From the NCBI GenBank assembly GCA_964396885.1, contig CAYNGP010000001.1:4766-68765 (forward strand): a stretch of DNA of 64,000 nt, given 5' to 3'. The notes beneath the pieces were generated by a model. That model had not been told where the DNA came from and did not search any database. It saw only the letters and a list, made by a program, of their open reading frames with translations. Source of the stretch: an uncultured Bacteroides sp. (GTDB lineage: Bacteria > Bacillota > Clostridia > Oscillospirales > Acutalibacteraceae). The position numbers were made by a program, and so were the translations under genes. Shown here piece by piece: positions 63,701 to 64,000 of this stretch (positions are counted from its first letter, which is position 1; each line of letters starts with the position of its first letter).

Positions 63701-64000
63701 TTTAACTGCTCCATAATTTCATTAAAAATAATCGGTGCAATATCAATACCTGTTGCATTCATAATATTGATGATGTGCGCATTTGAATTCACCTCGCACA
63801 CCATACCATTATCCAGAACATCCACACCGCCAAAGGTAAGCCCCAGTATTTCACAGGCTTTGATTGCTGTTTCAATAATCTGTTTATCAGGAATAATTGC
63901 AGTCATCGTTCCACCGTTTGTAACATTTGAGCGAAAATCATTTGGATTAGACCTTTTCACTGCACTTACAAATTTACCGCCCACAATTTCAATACGTGTA
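63697..64000 (-). CDS. RimK-like ATP-grasp ligase, 5' part outside the window
   Basis: DFRSNVTNGG, FGGVDVL and CEVNSN motifs; frame is open to the window edge. Confidence 0.8.
   Translation of the reverse strand, partial: TRIEIVGGKFVSAVKRSNPNDFRSNVTNGGTMTAIIPDKQIIETAIKACEILGLTFGGVDVLDNGMVCEVNSNAHIINIMNATGIDIAPIIFNEIMEQLK

Overview
64 kb of low-GC Firmicute (Clostridia, probably an Oscillospirales/Eubacterium-like gut anaerobe; inferred from gene content such as spoVT, ECF-type ribU and fprA). Most of it is housekeeping or metabolic: signal peptidase I, GPH sugar transporter, two P-type ATPases, iolC/iolJ, rnpB, LCP protein, GH27, spoVT, trx/FTR/fprA, comM, pgm, tsaA, an ECF sigma-ABC module, FMN riboswitch-ribU, fba and two RimK-like ligases. 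The stand-out is a ~20 kb block (11.9-31.6 kb) of giant secreted proteins. One strand carries a cluster of a 2144-aa protein and a 376-aa cohesin-like protein that share a near-identical Cys-containing X-module/dockerin C-terminus, a 997-aa protein with His/Cys repeats, and an unannotated 34-aa peptide with a YxxP RiPP-like leader. Divergent from it is a 2652-aa helical repeat protein. Also notable: a radical SAM/SPASM enzyme with an MftB-like N-terminus coupled to a membrane protein, AT-rich single-gene cassettes bounded by a TAAATT(CC/GG)AATTTA-like site that includes the stop codon, a yybP-ykoY riboswitch, a barrel-less amidohydrolase and a GT2 pseudogene remnant. No CRISPR, rRNA, tRNA, transposase or integrase was seen. 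All calls are by eye, without database searches.
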